This document shows positions 45,812 through 55,223 of a DNA stretch of 55,223 nt, one piece after another. Every line of letters begins with the position of its first letter. Within the stretch, counting starts at the first letter, position 1. The position numbers and the translations under genes are program-made. The notes under the pieces are model-generated. The model did not search any database and had not been told where the DNA came from. It worked only from the letters and a program-made list of their open reading frames with translations. The stretch spans positions 1-55,223 of the forward strand of contig DATDZB010000005.1 of assembly GCA_035288845.1 (NCBI GenBank). Reading direction: 5' to 3'. Origin of the DNA: Candidatus Nanoarchaeia archaeon (lineage in GTDB: Archaea; Nanobdellota; Nanobdellia; SCGC-AAA011-G17; GW2011-AR18).

Positions 45812-47863
45812 ATGACATCATTCTACAAAAGCTATTCAAATAAAAAAACTGCATTTGAAAATAAATTCAACTCTACTTTAGGTTCTCCTACAAGTCCAAT
45901 GGTAGCTAAACAATTAGAAGAAACAGGTAAAAGATTAAATGAAGGAGTAAAAAATGTTGAAATTGGTACAATAGCTACTGATAAATTCGAAATGATTCCT
46001 AAGCAGCATTTCGAAGAAATAAGAAGAATTGCTCAATTAACAGATGCAAATATTTCAGTTCATGCTCCTTTAGTAGATCTTGCAGGATTTCCGCAAGGTG
46101 AAGGTCAAAGAACATGGGCTGAAGATCAAAGAAAAACAGCAGAGTCACAAGTATTTTCAATAATGGAAAGATCTGTACCACTAACAACTAGAGATGAAAA
46201 AGGAAAAGTAAAAGCAAATGTTCCAATAGTATTTCATGCAGGTCATTTTTCAAGTCAAGAATATGGAGTTCCATATGATCCAGTAAAACATCCTGAAGGA
46301 TTAAAAAAAGAAGTTCATAAAAAAGATGAGTACGGTAATATCAAAACAGATGCTTTTGGAAATCCAGAAATAGAAAGATACGATCCAGTTGATATTAGAT
46401 CAATGACAATTGTAAATCAAGAAACAGGTGATATTCATAGAGTAGAACATGATGAGAAAAAAAGAATTGGTGGGAGAACTGAAATTTGGGATGTAGATAA
46501 GAGACTAAGAACTTTAAATCAAACACAATGGGATGAAGAACAATTAAAAATGCTTAATTATCAAAAAGATATAGAAGAATTAAAAGAAAAATTAGAAATA
46601 AGAAGACAGCAAAATGATGCAATAGAAAAAACAGGATTAGGTAAAAGAGAAATAAAACCTGGTGAAATAAATTATCAAGCAATGGCTCAAAATAATGAGT
46701 TAGATATTGTAAGATTGCAAAGACATATTCAAGAAATAAATCAAAGATTAAATTCAGAAGCAGAAAATATATTCCATAAATATGATAAATGGGCAGATGA
46801 AAAAGTAAAAGATAAAACAAAAGATAGAATGGAGCATATAAGAAATGTGTTCAAAGAAGTACAAACTCACGAAGATGAGTTAAATGAAAAATTCAACAAT
46901 TTATCAGAACAAGATCAAAAAAAATCATACAAAGAATATCAAAACCAATTATTAGATTTAGAATTACATAAATCAAAAGTAGTAGTAACAGAAATGGCAG
47001 CAATTAGAGCTCCAAAATTATGGGTTCCTGTAGGAGAATTCGCAATAGGAAAAACAGCAGAAACAGTTTCTAATGCAGCAACAAACTTATTTAAAAAATT
47101 AAAAAATGAAAAAAGACCTGATGGAACAACAAGAGAAGATGAAATGCCATTTTTAGCTCTAGAAAATTTCTTTGTAAATGCACCAATGTCAAGAGCAAAA
47201 GATCTAAAAGAAGTAGTAAAACAAGGACGTGATTTAATAACTAAAAAATTAATGGGTGATAAAGATTTGAAAATGTCAGAAAGTGATGCAAGAAAAGCAG
47301 CTGAATCAATGTTATCAGCAACATGGGATGTTGGACATATTAACAACTTAAGAAAAGCAGGTTTTGAAGGTGAAGAATTAAAAGAACTAGTGTTAAGAGA
47401 AACAAAAGAAATAGCAGATGTAACAAGACATGTTCACATTACAGATAATTTTGGTTTCTTTGATTCACATCTGCCTCCAGGAATGGGTAATGTTCCAATT
47501 AGAGAAATAATGGAAATATTAGAAAAAAAATGGGCAGATCAAAAAGCAGTAAATCCCCATATGCAGGATCCAAGAAGTATTGTTGAAGCAGGTGGTTTCG
47601 TAGCAGAAATTGGCCAAAATCCAACAGTGGGAGTTCTTGAATTTTTTGGAAGTCCATTATACAGAATGGGTCCTAGTCCTTATTTTTCACAAAATATGTC
47701 AAGAACAGTTGGACATACTTATTCACCATATACAGAATCATTTATAGATTTCCCTCAGCAGCACTTTAATTTATATGGAAGTAGTTTCACAACTTTACCA
47801 AAATCAGTTGGTGGAGAAGTAGGTGGAGCAAATTCAAGATTTAGTGGTACTCCAAATCAATAG
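45812..47863 (+). CDS. Xylose-isomerase/endonuclease-IV-like TIM barrel with large coiled-coil insertion
   Basis: SVHAP, VFHAG, LALEN, WDVGH, HVHITDN, DSHLPPG.G, IVEAG. Confidence 0.8.
   Translation: MTSFYKSYSNKKTAFENKFNSTLGSPTSPMVAKQLEETGKRLNEGVKNVEIGTIATDKFEMIPKQHFEEIRRIAQLTDANISVHAPLVDLAGFPQGEGQRTWAEDQRKTAESQVFSIMERSVPLTTRDEKGKVKANVPIVFHAGHFSSQEYGVPYDPVKHPEGLKKEVHKKDEYGNIKTDAFGNPEIERYDPVDIRSMTIVNQETGDIHRVEHDEKKRIGGRTEIWDVDKRLRTLNQTQWDEEQLKMLNYQKDIEELKEKLEIRRQQNDAIEKTGLGKREIKPGEINYQAMAQNNELDIVRLQRHIQEINQRLNSEAENIFHKYDKWADEKVKDKTKDRMEHIRNVFKEVQTHEDELNEKFNNLSEQDQKKSYKEYQNQLLDLELHKSKVVVTEMAAIRAPKLWVPVGEFAIGKTAETVSNAATNLFKKLKNEKRPDGTTREDEMPFLALENFFVNAPMSRAKDLKEVVKQGRDLITKKLMGDKDLKMSESDARKAAESMLSATWDVGHINNLRKAGFEGEELKELVLRETKEIADVTRHVHITDNFGFFDSHLPPGMGNVPIREIMEILEKKWADQKAVNPHMQDPRSIVEAGGFVAEIGQNPTVGVLEFFGSPLYRMGPSPYFSQNMSRTVGHTYSPYTESFIDFPQQHFNLYGSSFTTLPKSVGGEVGGANSRFSGTPNQ
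46636..46665 (+). repeat. Exact 30-bp direct repeat, copy 2
   Basis: Identical to 44698-44727; encodes LGKREIKPG in both genes. Confidence 0.9.
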
Positions 47864-47895
47864 TTTTATATAAAAAATAAAATCAATAAATAAAG

Positions 47896-48747
47896 ATGAA
47901 AAAGAAAAAAGTGGTGAAAATAGATAAGAAAGAAATCATTCTAAATACAAATAGAGATATAGCTTTTGACTTCGCTACAAGAGTTTATAAAAAATTTACA
48001 AATGTAATAAAAGCAATTGCATTATTTGGTTCAACAACAAAATTAGAAGCAAATGAAAAAAGTGATATTGACTTAGTAATAATAATAGATGATTGTACAA
48101 TAAATTGGGATGATGAATTAATTGCATGGTATCGTGAAGAATTAGCAAAATTAATTGCAGAAAAAGATTACAAAAGAGAATTACATGTTAACACTGTAAC
48201 ACTAACATCATTCTGGGAAGAAGTAAGAGCAGGTGAACCTCTTGTTATTAATGTTTTAAGATATGGTGAACCTTTAATTGACATTGGTGGATTTTTTGAT
48301 CCATTAAAAGTTTTATTAGCAAAAGGAAAAATAAGACCAAGTGCAGAAGCAATATTTACTACAATGGAAAGAGCAGGCCAGCATTTAGGAAGAGCAAATA
48401 ATTTTATTCTTAATAGTGTTGAAGGATTTTATTGGGCAATGGTAGACGCAGCACATGCAACACTAATGGCGCTGAAAGTAGTTCCACCATCACCAGAACA
48501 AATTCCACAATTATTAAAAGAAGTTTTAGTAGATAAAAACATGTTAAATAAAAAATATATTGACTATTATGAAAGAGTAAGAAAAGTTGCAAAAGCAGTT
48601 TTACATAACGAAAAAGCAAAATTAGAAGGAAAAGAAGTTGAAGAATTAAAAAACTTAGCAGAAAGTTTTGTATATGAATTAAATGAAATTACAAAAGCAC
48701 TAATTAGAAATGAAAAAATAATAAGATATGAAGTAAAACAAAATTAA
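47896..48747 (+). CDS. Minimal nucleotidyltransferase (Pol-beta-like) fused to HEPN-like domain
   Basis: LFGS...SDIDLVII; C-terminal helical domain GFYWAMVDAAHATL. Confidence 0.85.
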   Translation: MKKKKVVKIDKKEIILNTNRDIAFDFATRVYKKFTNVIKAIALFGSTTKLEANEKSDIDLVIIIDDCTINWDDELIAWYREELAKLIAEKDYKRELHVNTVTLTSFWEEVRAGEPLVINVLRYGEPLIDIGGFFDPLKVLLAKGKIRPSAEAIFTTMERAGQHLGRANNFILNSVEGFYWAMVDAAHATLMALKVVPPSPEQIPQLLKEVLVDKNMLNKKYIDYYERVRKVAKAVLHNEKAKLEGKEVEELKNLAESFVYELNEITKALIRNEKIIRYEVKQN

Positions 48748-49157
48748 GCACATTTTTTATCATTATCAAATTCTGAATAATTACATTTTGGTAAATCTTT
48801 TCTAACTACAACTTTAGGACGTGCATTAAAATATTTTTGAGCTTGATCCCAAGTTAAATTATCTGGTAAACAACCATCTCTTACCAAACTAGGACTTCTA
48901 GTAAATATATTAGTATTACAAGGTAAAAATTTTCTAGTAGTACGAATTTGATCCACAATATAATCGTTATTTGTATCACAAATCAAATAACCAATAACAT
49001 CTACTTCTTGTTTTTCAGAGTTAAAAGATAAATTATAATGTCCAACACATCTGCCAGTTAAACCTTCAGAAATATTAATCTCTGGTTCTTTAGCATTAGC
49101 ACTAGAAGAAAGAACATACAATAAACTACTCAGACCAATTCCTAATATTCTTCTCAT
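48744..49157 (-). CDS. Hypothetical secreted Cys-containing protein
   Basis: Signal-peptide-like N-terminus; 6 Cys. Confidence 0.6.
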   Translation of the reverse strand: MRRILGIGLSSLLYVLSSSANAKEPEINISEGLTGRCVGHYNLSFNSEKQEVDVIGYLICDTNNDYIVDQIRTTRKFLPCNTNIFTRSPSLVRDGCLPDNLTWDQAQKYFNARPKVVVRKDLPKCNYSEFDNDKKCA

Positions 49158-49174
49158 TTTAAAAAAATAAAAAA

Positions 49175-50002
49175 TTAAGCTGATTCTTCTCTTTCAGTTT
49201 CAGCTTGTTTGTAAGCTTCGTACATTTTCAAGAAAGCTTTAGCTTTTGTTCCTTGATCTTTTTCCATAGCTTTGTCTATTAAAGCATAAGCGCCACTTTC
49301 ATTTAGTTTCTTTGGAAGCTCACTTACTTCTGCTTGAAGTAATTTTAACCTATTATTATAATGTATAGCAGACCTTTCTTGAGCTAAATTAGGTGTATAC
49401 AATCTAACTAAAGATAAACTATACAAACTAGCCCCACTATCATTTTCAGCAACTAATTGTTCAGCTGCAGCAAGATTCCCTTGTTTTAATGCAATTTCTA
49501 GTTTTGCAGCATATTGAATTCTTTTTATTGCTGAATCTAAATCAGTAAATACTTTTTTCTCATCATCAGAAGCTTTATCATCTGGTTTTACAGGTTTAAA
49601 TCCTTGTAGTATAGCCATATTCATATAAAACTCAAATTTAGCATCGTCACCTAAATCACCAACAAATGTTTCTCTAGCACCTTGAAGATCTTTATCAGTA
49701 ACTGCTTTTTCAAATTTAGTATAAATTCCTTCTACTTTATCACTCCCACCAAGCATGTAATCTAAATTTTCTCTTATACCTTGAGCAGGAGCTACTTTAG
49801 CAAATTTAGGATCCATTGGATCATCATGTAATTTTTCATTTTGAATAAAAGTTAAGTAACCAGCAACACCATTTCTAATTTGATCATGTTCAGCTTTACC
49901 AGAATTGTCTAAGTCTTGAGCTAAATCTTTCAGTCTTAATCCAGTGCTAGCTGCACTAACTAGTTTTTCAAGACCTTCACTTATTGTGTATTGTGTTGCC
50001 AT
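49175..50002 (-). CDS. Hypothetical helical protein
   Basis: 275-aa ORF with GAGGT RBS. Confidence 0.65.
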   Translation of the reverse strand: MATQYTISEGLEKLVSAASTGLRLKDLAQDLDNSGKAEHDQIRNGVAGYLTFIQNEKLHDDPMDPKFAKVAPAQGIRENLDYMLGGSDKVEGIYTKFEKAVTDKDLQGARETFVGDLGDDAKFEFYMNMAILQGFKPVKPDDKASDDEKKVFTDLDSAIKRIQYAAKLEIALKQGNLAAAEQLVAENDSGASLYSLSLVRLYTPNLAQERSAIHYNNRLKLLQAEVSELPKKLNESGAYALIDKAMEKDQGTKAKAFLKMYEAYKQAETEREESA

Positions 50003-50112
50003 TTTATCTTTTTTACCTCATATTACTTACTATTTAGTAGTAAATACTTACTTATAAACATTTCTATTATAAAGATATAACCATAAAAGATTAAAAAGTT
50101 AACTATAAACAA

Positions 50113-51585
50113 CTAAAAATCAACAAATTTAAAGTTCTCAGAACTGTTAAAATGACCTTTAATAGCCTTTAAAGCTGAATCCTTATCTAAAGTATGTATT
50201 GAATAAGTTTCATCCCAAAAATCTCCACCCCATAAAATATCTCTAAGTTCTGAATAATCATCTAATATTTTCTTAGTACTAATACTCTTAATAACATTTA
50301 AAATTTCATTAGGACTATATTTTGGACTAGCACCTAAAACTAAATGAAATTCATCATTATTAATTCCAAAATTAAAAAATTCAAAACCATATCTAGCACC
50401 TAATCCTTTTAATAAATCTTTAATATAATCTAAAGAAATCCTATCTAACATTCCTTGTTGCTTATAACTAACTGAAAACATTAAATGATAAATTAATTTA
50501 GAAGCAATTTGTTTTTTAATATCCGAATTAACATTTTCAGAAATAACTAAATCATCTTTAATTTCCTGTAAATTATTTTCTACAGTAATTTCTGGAATAG
50601 CAATACTTTCTTCATTTGCAATATAAGGTTTAACACCAACTAAGTAAATTTTTCCAGATTCCATTGTCCATTCAATTTCAACAGGTTTATTATAAACTTG
50701 TTCTAAAGTTCTAGCATATTCAGCCAAATAAGAAATGTCTTCATCTCTAACTTTCTGTATACTTCCTCCGCCATCACTAAAATTATTTTTAACATTTTTT
50801 CCAGTATATCTATCTCTAAAATAACCATAATGTTGCAATCCCAACTGTTTATCTTTAATTCCTAAATTTTCTTTATCCAAAAAATAAATATCATATTCAA
50901 CATTATCACTAAAAACAGTTCCAAGGCCTAAAACAGATTTAACTTTAATATTGTCGCCGCTAAAAACAAATCCAGATTTATCAGCATCAACCATTTTCTG
51001 AATAACAACAGAAACTAAAGAATCTTCTAATGAAAATCCTTCTTTAATAAAATATTTTAAATTATTAGGTTTAAATAAAGAAGCCCAGCATTTTTGTATT
51101 GCAAATATTAATTCGTCTCTGCCTCGAACATTTAAATAAACTTCAAATTTACAATTATTATCAAAATTAGAACTAACTCTTACAGCAACAAAAGGAAGCT
51201 CTCTTCCAGCTTTAATAAAACTATTAATAATATTTCCACCTACAGCCTGGCTTACAGCTCTGTCTATATTCAAATTATCATAAGATTCTAAAATTTTATC
51301 TTTTAAATGATGAGAAACTTGAGAACTTAAAATTAAATCTATAATTTTATCAGAAGTTTCTTCTAAAATAATATTATTATCAACATCTAAATTATTTAAT
51401 AAATTTAAAATATTAGATTTTAATGTTGAATATTCTAAATATTGGCTAAAAGCATATGAAGAAATAACAAAACCATTAGGAACAGGAAGTCTTAAACCAT
51501 ATAAAACACTTAAACCTAAAGCTTTACTACCTACTAATGAAAAATCATCCTCTTTTATTTCAGAAAACCAAATTATTTGATTCAT
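50113..51585 (-). CDS. PEP-synthase/PPDK N-terminal domain fused to inactive-looking IS200/IS605 TnpA (Y1) domain
   Basis: VGSKALGL, LPVPNGFVI, AVRVSS, VVIQKMV, IEW...IYLV; C-terminal YHLMFSVSY..PKYSPNEI..IKSIS..LWGGDFW.ETY; start reset to MNQIIWF. Confidence 0.82.
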   Translation of the reverse strand: MNQIIWFSEIKEDDFSLVGSKALGLSVLYGLRLPVPNGFVISSYAFSQYLEYSTLKSNILNLLNNLDVDNNIILEETSDKIIDLILSSQVSHHLKDKILESYDNLNIDRAVSQAVGGNIINSFIKAGRELPFVAVRVSSNFDNNCKFEVYLNVRGRDELIFAIQKCWASLFKPNNLKYFIKEGFSLEDSLVSVVIQKMVDADKSGFVFSGDNIKVKSVLGLGTVFSDNVEYDIYFLDKENLGIKDKQLGLQHYGYFRDRYTGKNVKNNFSDGGGSIQKVRDEDISYLAEYARTLEQVYNKPVEIEWTMESGKIYLVGVKPYIANEESIAIPEITVENNLQEIKDDLVISENVNSDIKKQIASKLIYHLMFSVSYKQQGMLDRISLDYIKDLLKGLGARYGFEFFNFGINNDEFHLVLGASPKYSPNEILNVIKSISTKKILDDYSELRDILWGGDFWDETYSIHTLDKDSALKAIKGHFNSSENFKFVDF

Positions 51586-51729
51586 TATAAGATAACAATT
51601 AAAGATCTTTATTAAAATTTCTATAATAAACATCAAGTTTAAAAAGAGAAGTAAATAGAAAATAATAAAGGGAAAAAGAGTTTATTCAATTTAAAATAAC
51701 TTATCAACCATTTGTAGCAAGAGGGGAAT

Positions 51730-54700
51730 ATGAAAAATAAAAATATAGTTAAATTACTAATATTTTATTTCTTGTTTCTATTCTCATTAAATTTTACTTT
51801 TGCTGCAGTTACTACTTTTGATTTAACAGGGACAGATACTGGAAATTGGTTAGGTACTAATGGTGTTGCTTCCATGGCTTATGATCCTCTAAATAATATG
51901 ACTTATATAGGTGGGTCTACTGGTTCTTTCGGAGTTTATAATAGAACTGAAAATGTAACTCATTCTCTCAGTGCAACTGATTCTGGAAACTGGATAGGCA
52001 CAAGAGCACTTCAAGCAATGGTATTTGATATTAACAAAAGTTTAGTTTACTTTGCTGGAGGTACTGCTACTTTTGGAGTTTATAATAGAACTACAAATAT
52101 ATCAACTGATCTTAGAGCAACTGATACTGATGATTGGATTCTTACAAGTGGTTTTCGTGGACTAGCTTATGATCCAGTTCACTTTGCTCTTTATCAAGGA
52201 ATAGTTAGCGGAAAATTTGGATCTTATTCTCGTGAAACAAACGTTTCAACAGATCTTTCTGCAACAGATGCAGGAGACTGGGTAGGCACAAATGCAGTTT
52301 TTGCAACAACTTATGTTGTTAATGGTAATCGTACTTATACAGGTATTGGTGCTGGCAGATTTGGAGCATTTAACGGAACTACTGGAGCATGGGATGATCT
52401 TTCTGCAACAGATGGTGGCACAGGTATAGGTTCTGCTAACAGTGTTTTAGCTTTAGCTTATGATACTAGTCGTGATCTTGTTTATTTAGGAGTAACTCTA
52501 GGAAATTTTTTAGTATATAACAGAACTGCAAATCAAATAACAAATCTTACTACAACTGATCCTTCTGATTGGATAAGCACTAGCGGTTTTTTAGCCCTTG
52601 CATTTGATGATAGAAGAAATTTAATTTATATGGGATTAGCTTCTGGAAAAATTGGAGTATACAATAGAACTACAAACACAACAGTTGATCTTTCTGCAAC
52701 AGACACAGGAGACTGGATGGGTACGGATTCTATTCAAACAATGACTGCAGATACTGCTAGTAATTTAATTTATATTGGTTTAACTACTGGAAAATTCGGA
52801 GTCATAAATATCAGTATGCCGACAGTAACTGCAGTTACTGTAAGTGATAATAATTTAGATTCAACAGAAACTGGAACAGATAATTGGGCACTTTCACTTA
52901 CATTTACAGAAGCAATGAATACTTCAAGAAATGCAACTATTCAGTTTTCTCCTAGCGCAAGTACTGCATTAACAAGTTGTTTTGCAAATTGGTCAACAAC
53001 TACAAATTTTAGTTATGTTTGTGATGTTGCAAATGCTAATGCAAATATTTCAAATATAAATGTTATTGCTAGTTCAGCTCAAGAAAATACTTACAGTTTC
53101 ACAATGGATCAATATACAAATACAAGTGTGTTTAATGTTAACATGGCAGCTGCTGGAGATTCAGTTTTTCCAAATTTAAATCTAATTGCTCCAGTAAATA
53201 ATGCAAATTATTCTGGAAATTCAGTAGACATTACCTATACAGCAACAGATGATGTAGCAATAAGCACTTGTTGGTACAATTTTGATGCAATAAATACAAC
53301 AGTTCCCGCATGTACCAATGCATCAATAGCTCTTGTAGAAGGGGTTCATTATTTAAAATTTTATGTAAATGATACTGCAGGAAATGTTAATGCCTCTGAC
53401 AATAGAACTTTCACAATTAATACTCCTCCATTCATAAATACTTTAATTTTAAATTCAACAAACTTAGCAAATAATAATACAAATCAAAACTTAACTGTTT
53501 ATGTTAATTATTCTGATACAAGTGGAAATGGTGTTAAATTAATTTATGATTGGATTGTTAATGGAACTTCACTTGCTCACTTAAACATGCCTTTTGAAGT
53601 AGGAAGCAATTCAACTTTCGCAAGAGATTTTTCACAAAATAAAAGCCACGGAATTGTTTCTGGAGCAACATATAGTTCAAGCAGTGGTTTTGATGGAAAA
53701 GGTGCATATACTTTTGATGGAACAGATGATTTTATTAGAATTAATGGAACTGAAAGTTTAATAATGATAGACCATCTATCTGTATGCCATTGGGTTAATC
53801 CTAATACTGCACCTGGAATCTACCTTGTAAAATGTAATAGTGCTGCTGAAGGTTGTAATGGTGATTGGTGGTTTACTGCTAGCGGTGCCTCATGGTCAGC
53901 TAATACTGGAGGAGGAGTTGGTACAACAGCAGGTGGAGCTGTTAACCTTAATCAATGGCAGCACGTATGTTTGACTTATAATACAACACTTCTCACCTTA
54001 TATGTTAATGGTACTAGCGCAGGTACTGATACAAGCCCAGGTGTATTAGTTGGTACAACTGATAAACTACAAATTGGCAGATATACAACTACTTATTTTA
54101 ATGGAACATTTGATGAATTAACAGTATACAATCGTACTTTGTCCCCATCTCAAATTTTAAACTTATATCAAAATAGATCAGATCTAATCTCATATGAAGA
54201 AACAAGAACAGGAGAAAATTGGACTGTAAACATAACTCCAACTGATGGTGTAAATGTTGGAACAACAAATTCTTCTAGTAATGTAACAATTTTAGAAGCA
54301 GATACAACACCGCCTCAAATAAGATTACTTAGTCCTGGAAATAATTCTAATTTTACTTCTTCTGTAGCTTTAAATTATACAGCAACAGATGATATAGCAT
54401 TAGGTTCATGCTGGTATGATTTAAACGGAACAAATACAACAATAGCAAATTGTGGTAATACAACTTTAACTTTAAATCATGGTTCTTATTACATAACTGT
54501 TTACTCAAATGATTCAAGTGGAAATGGAAATCAATCAAATAACCATTCATTTAATGTAGATACAATTGCTCCAAATCTTTCAATTACAAACCCAGCAAAT
54601 CTTTCTAATTTTTCTGTTAATTCTGTAACAATAAATTTTACAGTTACAGATACAAACACAGGAGTAAATACATGTTGGTACCAGTTAGATGTAACAAATA

Positions 54701-55223
54701 CAACAATAGCAAGTTGTAATAATTTCACAATAATTCCAAATGAAGGAAAACATTCAATTAGAATTTATGCAAATGATACAGTTGGCAATACAAACGCAAC
54801 AGTAAACAGAACTTTTGAAATTGATACTTTAGCTCCTTCTTTCTCGGAATTTAATACAACTGCTGCAGGAAACAGAAGTCAAGTTTACATAGAAGCAAAT
54901 TTAACAGCAAATGATATTAATCTTAATACACTTGTTGTTTATTTATATAACACTACGCACTTAGTAACAGTAAATTCTTCTTCAACAAGCCCATTCCCAA
55001 GTAATTTTAGTTCTCTACCAAATGGACTATATTTTATTAATGCAACAGCAAATGATACATTTGGAAATATTAACTCATCAGAAACAAGAACGATAACTTT
55101 AGATACACAAGCACCTAATTTAAGTATACAAACTCCAGCAACTAATTCAAATTCTATAACCACAACTATAAATTTAAATTTTACAGCAACAGATAACAAT
55201 AGTATTTCATCTTGCTATTACTC
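51730..55223 (+). CDS. Giant surface glycoprotein: 7 x 48-aa repeats, Ig-like repeats, LamG domain (partial, open at right edge)
   Basis: GAGGGG RBS plus ATG; signal peptide; no in-frame stop seen in the stretches read; LamG QWQHV.LTY..YVNG and FNGTFDELTVYNRTL; dense NxT sequons. Confidence 0.9.
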   Translation, partial: MKNKNIVKLLIFYFLFLFSLNFTFAAVTTFDLTGTDTGNWLGTNGVASMAYDPLNNMTYIGGSTGSFGVYNRTENVTHSLSATDSGNWIGTRALQAMVFDINKSLVYFAGGTATFGVYNRTTNISTDLRATDTDDWILTSGFRGLAYDPVHFALYQGIVSGKFGSYSRETNVSTDLSATDAGDWVGTNAVFATTYVVNGNRTYTGIGAGRFGAFNGTTGAWDDLSATDGGTGIGSANSVLALAYDTSRDLVYLGVTLGNFLVYNRTANQITNLTTTDPSDWISTSGFLALAFDDRRNLIYMGLASGKIGVYNRTTNTTVDLSATDTGDWMGTDSIQTMTADTASNLIYIGLTTGKFGVINISMPTVTAVTVSDNNLDSTETGTDNWALSLTFTEAMNTSRNATIQFSPSASTALTSCFANWSTTTNFSYVCDVANANANISNINVIASSAQENTYSFTMDQYTNTSVFNVNMAAAGDSVFPNLNLIAPVNNANYSGNSVDITYTATDDVAISTCWYNFDAINTTVPACTNASIALVEGVHYLKFYVNDTAGNVNASDNRTFTINTPPFINTLILNSTNLANNNTNQNLTVYVNYSDTSGNGVKLIYDWIVNGTSLAHLNMPFEVGSNSTFARDFSQNKSHGIVSGATYSSSSGFDGKGAYTFDGTDDFIRINGTESLIMIDHLSVCHWVNPNTAPGIYLVKCNSAAEGCNGDWWFTASGASWSANTGGGVGTTAGGAVNLNQWQHVCLTYNTTLLTLYVNGTSAGTDTSPGVLVGTTDKLQIGRYTTTYFNGTFDELTVYNRTLSPSQILNLYQNRSDLISYEETRTGENWTVNITPTDGVNVGTTNSSSNVTILEADTTPPQIRLLSPGNNSNFTSSVALNYTATDDIALGSCWYDLNGTNTTIANCGNTTLTLNHGSYYITVYSNDSSGNGNQSNNHSFNVDTIAPNLSITNPANLSNFSVNSVTINFTVTDTNTGVNTCWYQLDVTNTTIASCNNFTIIPNEGKHSIRIYANDTVGNTNATVNRTFEIDTLAPSFSEFNTTAAGNRSQVYIEANLTANDINLNTLVVYLYNTTHLVTVNSSSTSPFPSNFSSLPNGLYFINATANDTFGNINSSETRTITLDTQAPNLSIQTPATNSNSITTTINLNFTATDNNSISSCYY

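Noticed and set aside
50113-50517. Active IS200/IS605 element
   Set aside because: HUH and catalytic Tyr are altered, the domain is fused in frame to a host domain, and no tnpB or terminal hairpins were found
312-51636. Long N-terminal extensions in the ORF track (fur to 722, rps4 to 7354, nop5 from 15294, DUF192 from 23151, 43312 gene to 43710, PPDK fusion to 51636)
   Set aside because: They overlap neighbouring genes or promoters; family-typical N-termini begin at downstream ATGs
51820-52810. Regularly spaced ~144-bp repeats as a CRISPR array
   Set aside because: Degenerate, in-frame protein repeats with no constant repeat/unique spacer structure; no cas genes in the window
134-55199. Short antisense or overlapping ORFs in the track (e.g. 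134-337, 780-1010, 1635-1847, 3547-3732, 6570-6758, 7606-7854, 9672-10484 set, 12473-12727, 16326-16526, 27483-27758, 30477-33562 set, 35201-38956 set, 43373-48619 set, 54353-55199 set)
   Set aside because: They overlap well-supported genes and show the Leu/Phe/Ile-rich composition typical of shadow frames in AT-rich DNA

Overview
AT-rich window from a DPANN archaeon, probably Woesearchaeota/Pacearchaeota-like. This placement is inferred from archaeal ribosomal proteins, histone, TFE, aIF2-gamma, RpoF, Nop5/fibrillarin, BHB tRNA introns and KKGQ pilin-like proteins. Core informational genes are interleaved with lineage-specific ORFs and large surface proteins. Features missing from the ORF track were recovered by hand: RNase P RNA, four tRNAs, Sec61-beta, several micro-proteins and a >1160-aa surface protein open at the right edge. 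Main oddities: (1) an unusual decoding set, with tRNA-Arg(ACG), a two-intron tRNA-Ile(UAU), and a tRNA-Arg(UCG) whose intron splits the anticodon; (2) a PEP-synthase N-terminal domain fused to an apparently inactive IS200/IS605 TnpA; (3) bacterial-type LspA beside four lipobox proteins and a tandem-duplicated beta-helix/lipoprotein cassette; (4) a thymidylate-kinase-like ORF between 8-bp direct repeats whose removal fuses Nop5 and fibrillarin in frame; (5) three tandem paralogues of unknown function, an internal class III signal peptide, and an exact 30-bp repeat shared by two unrelated genes. No CRISPR array, rRNA, integrase or intact transposon was seen. All family assignments come from motif recognition; no database searches were run.
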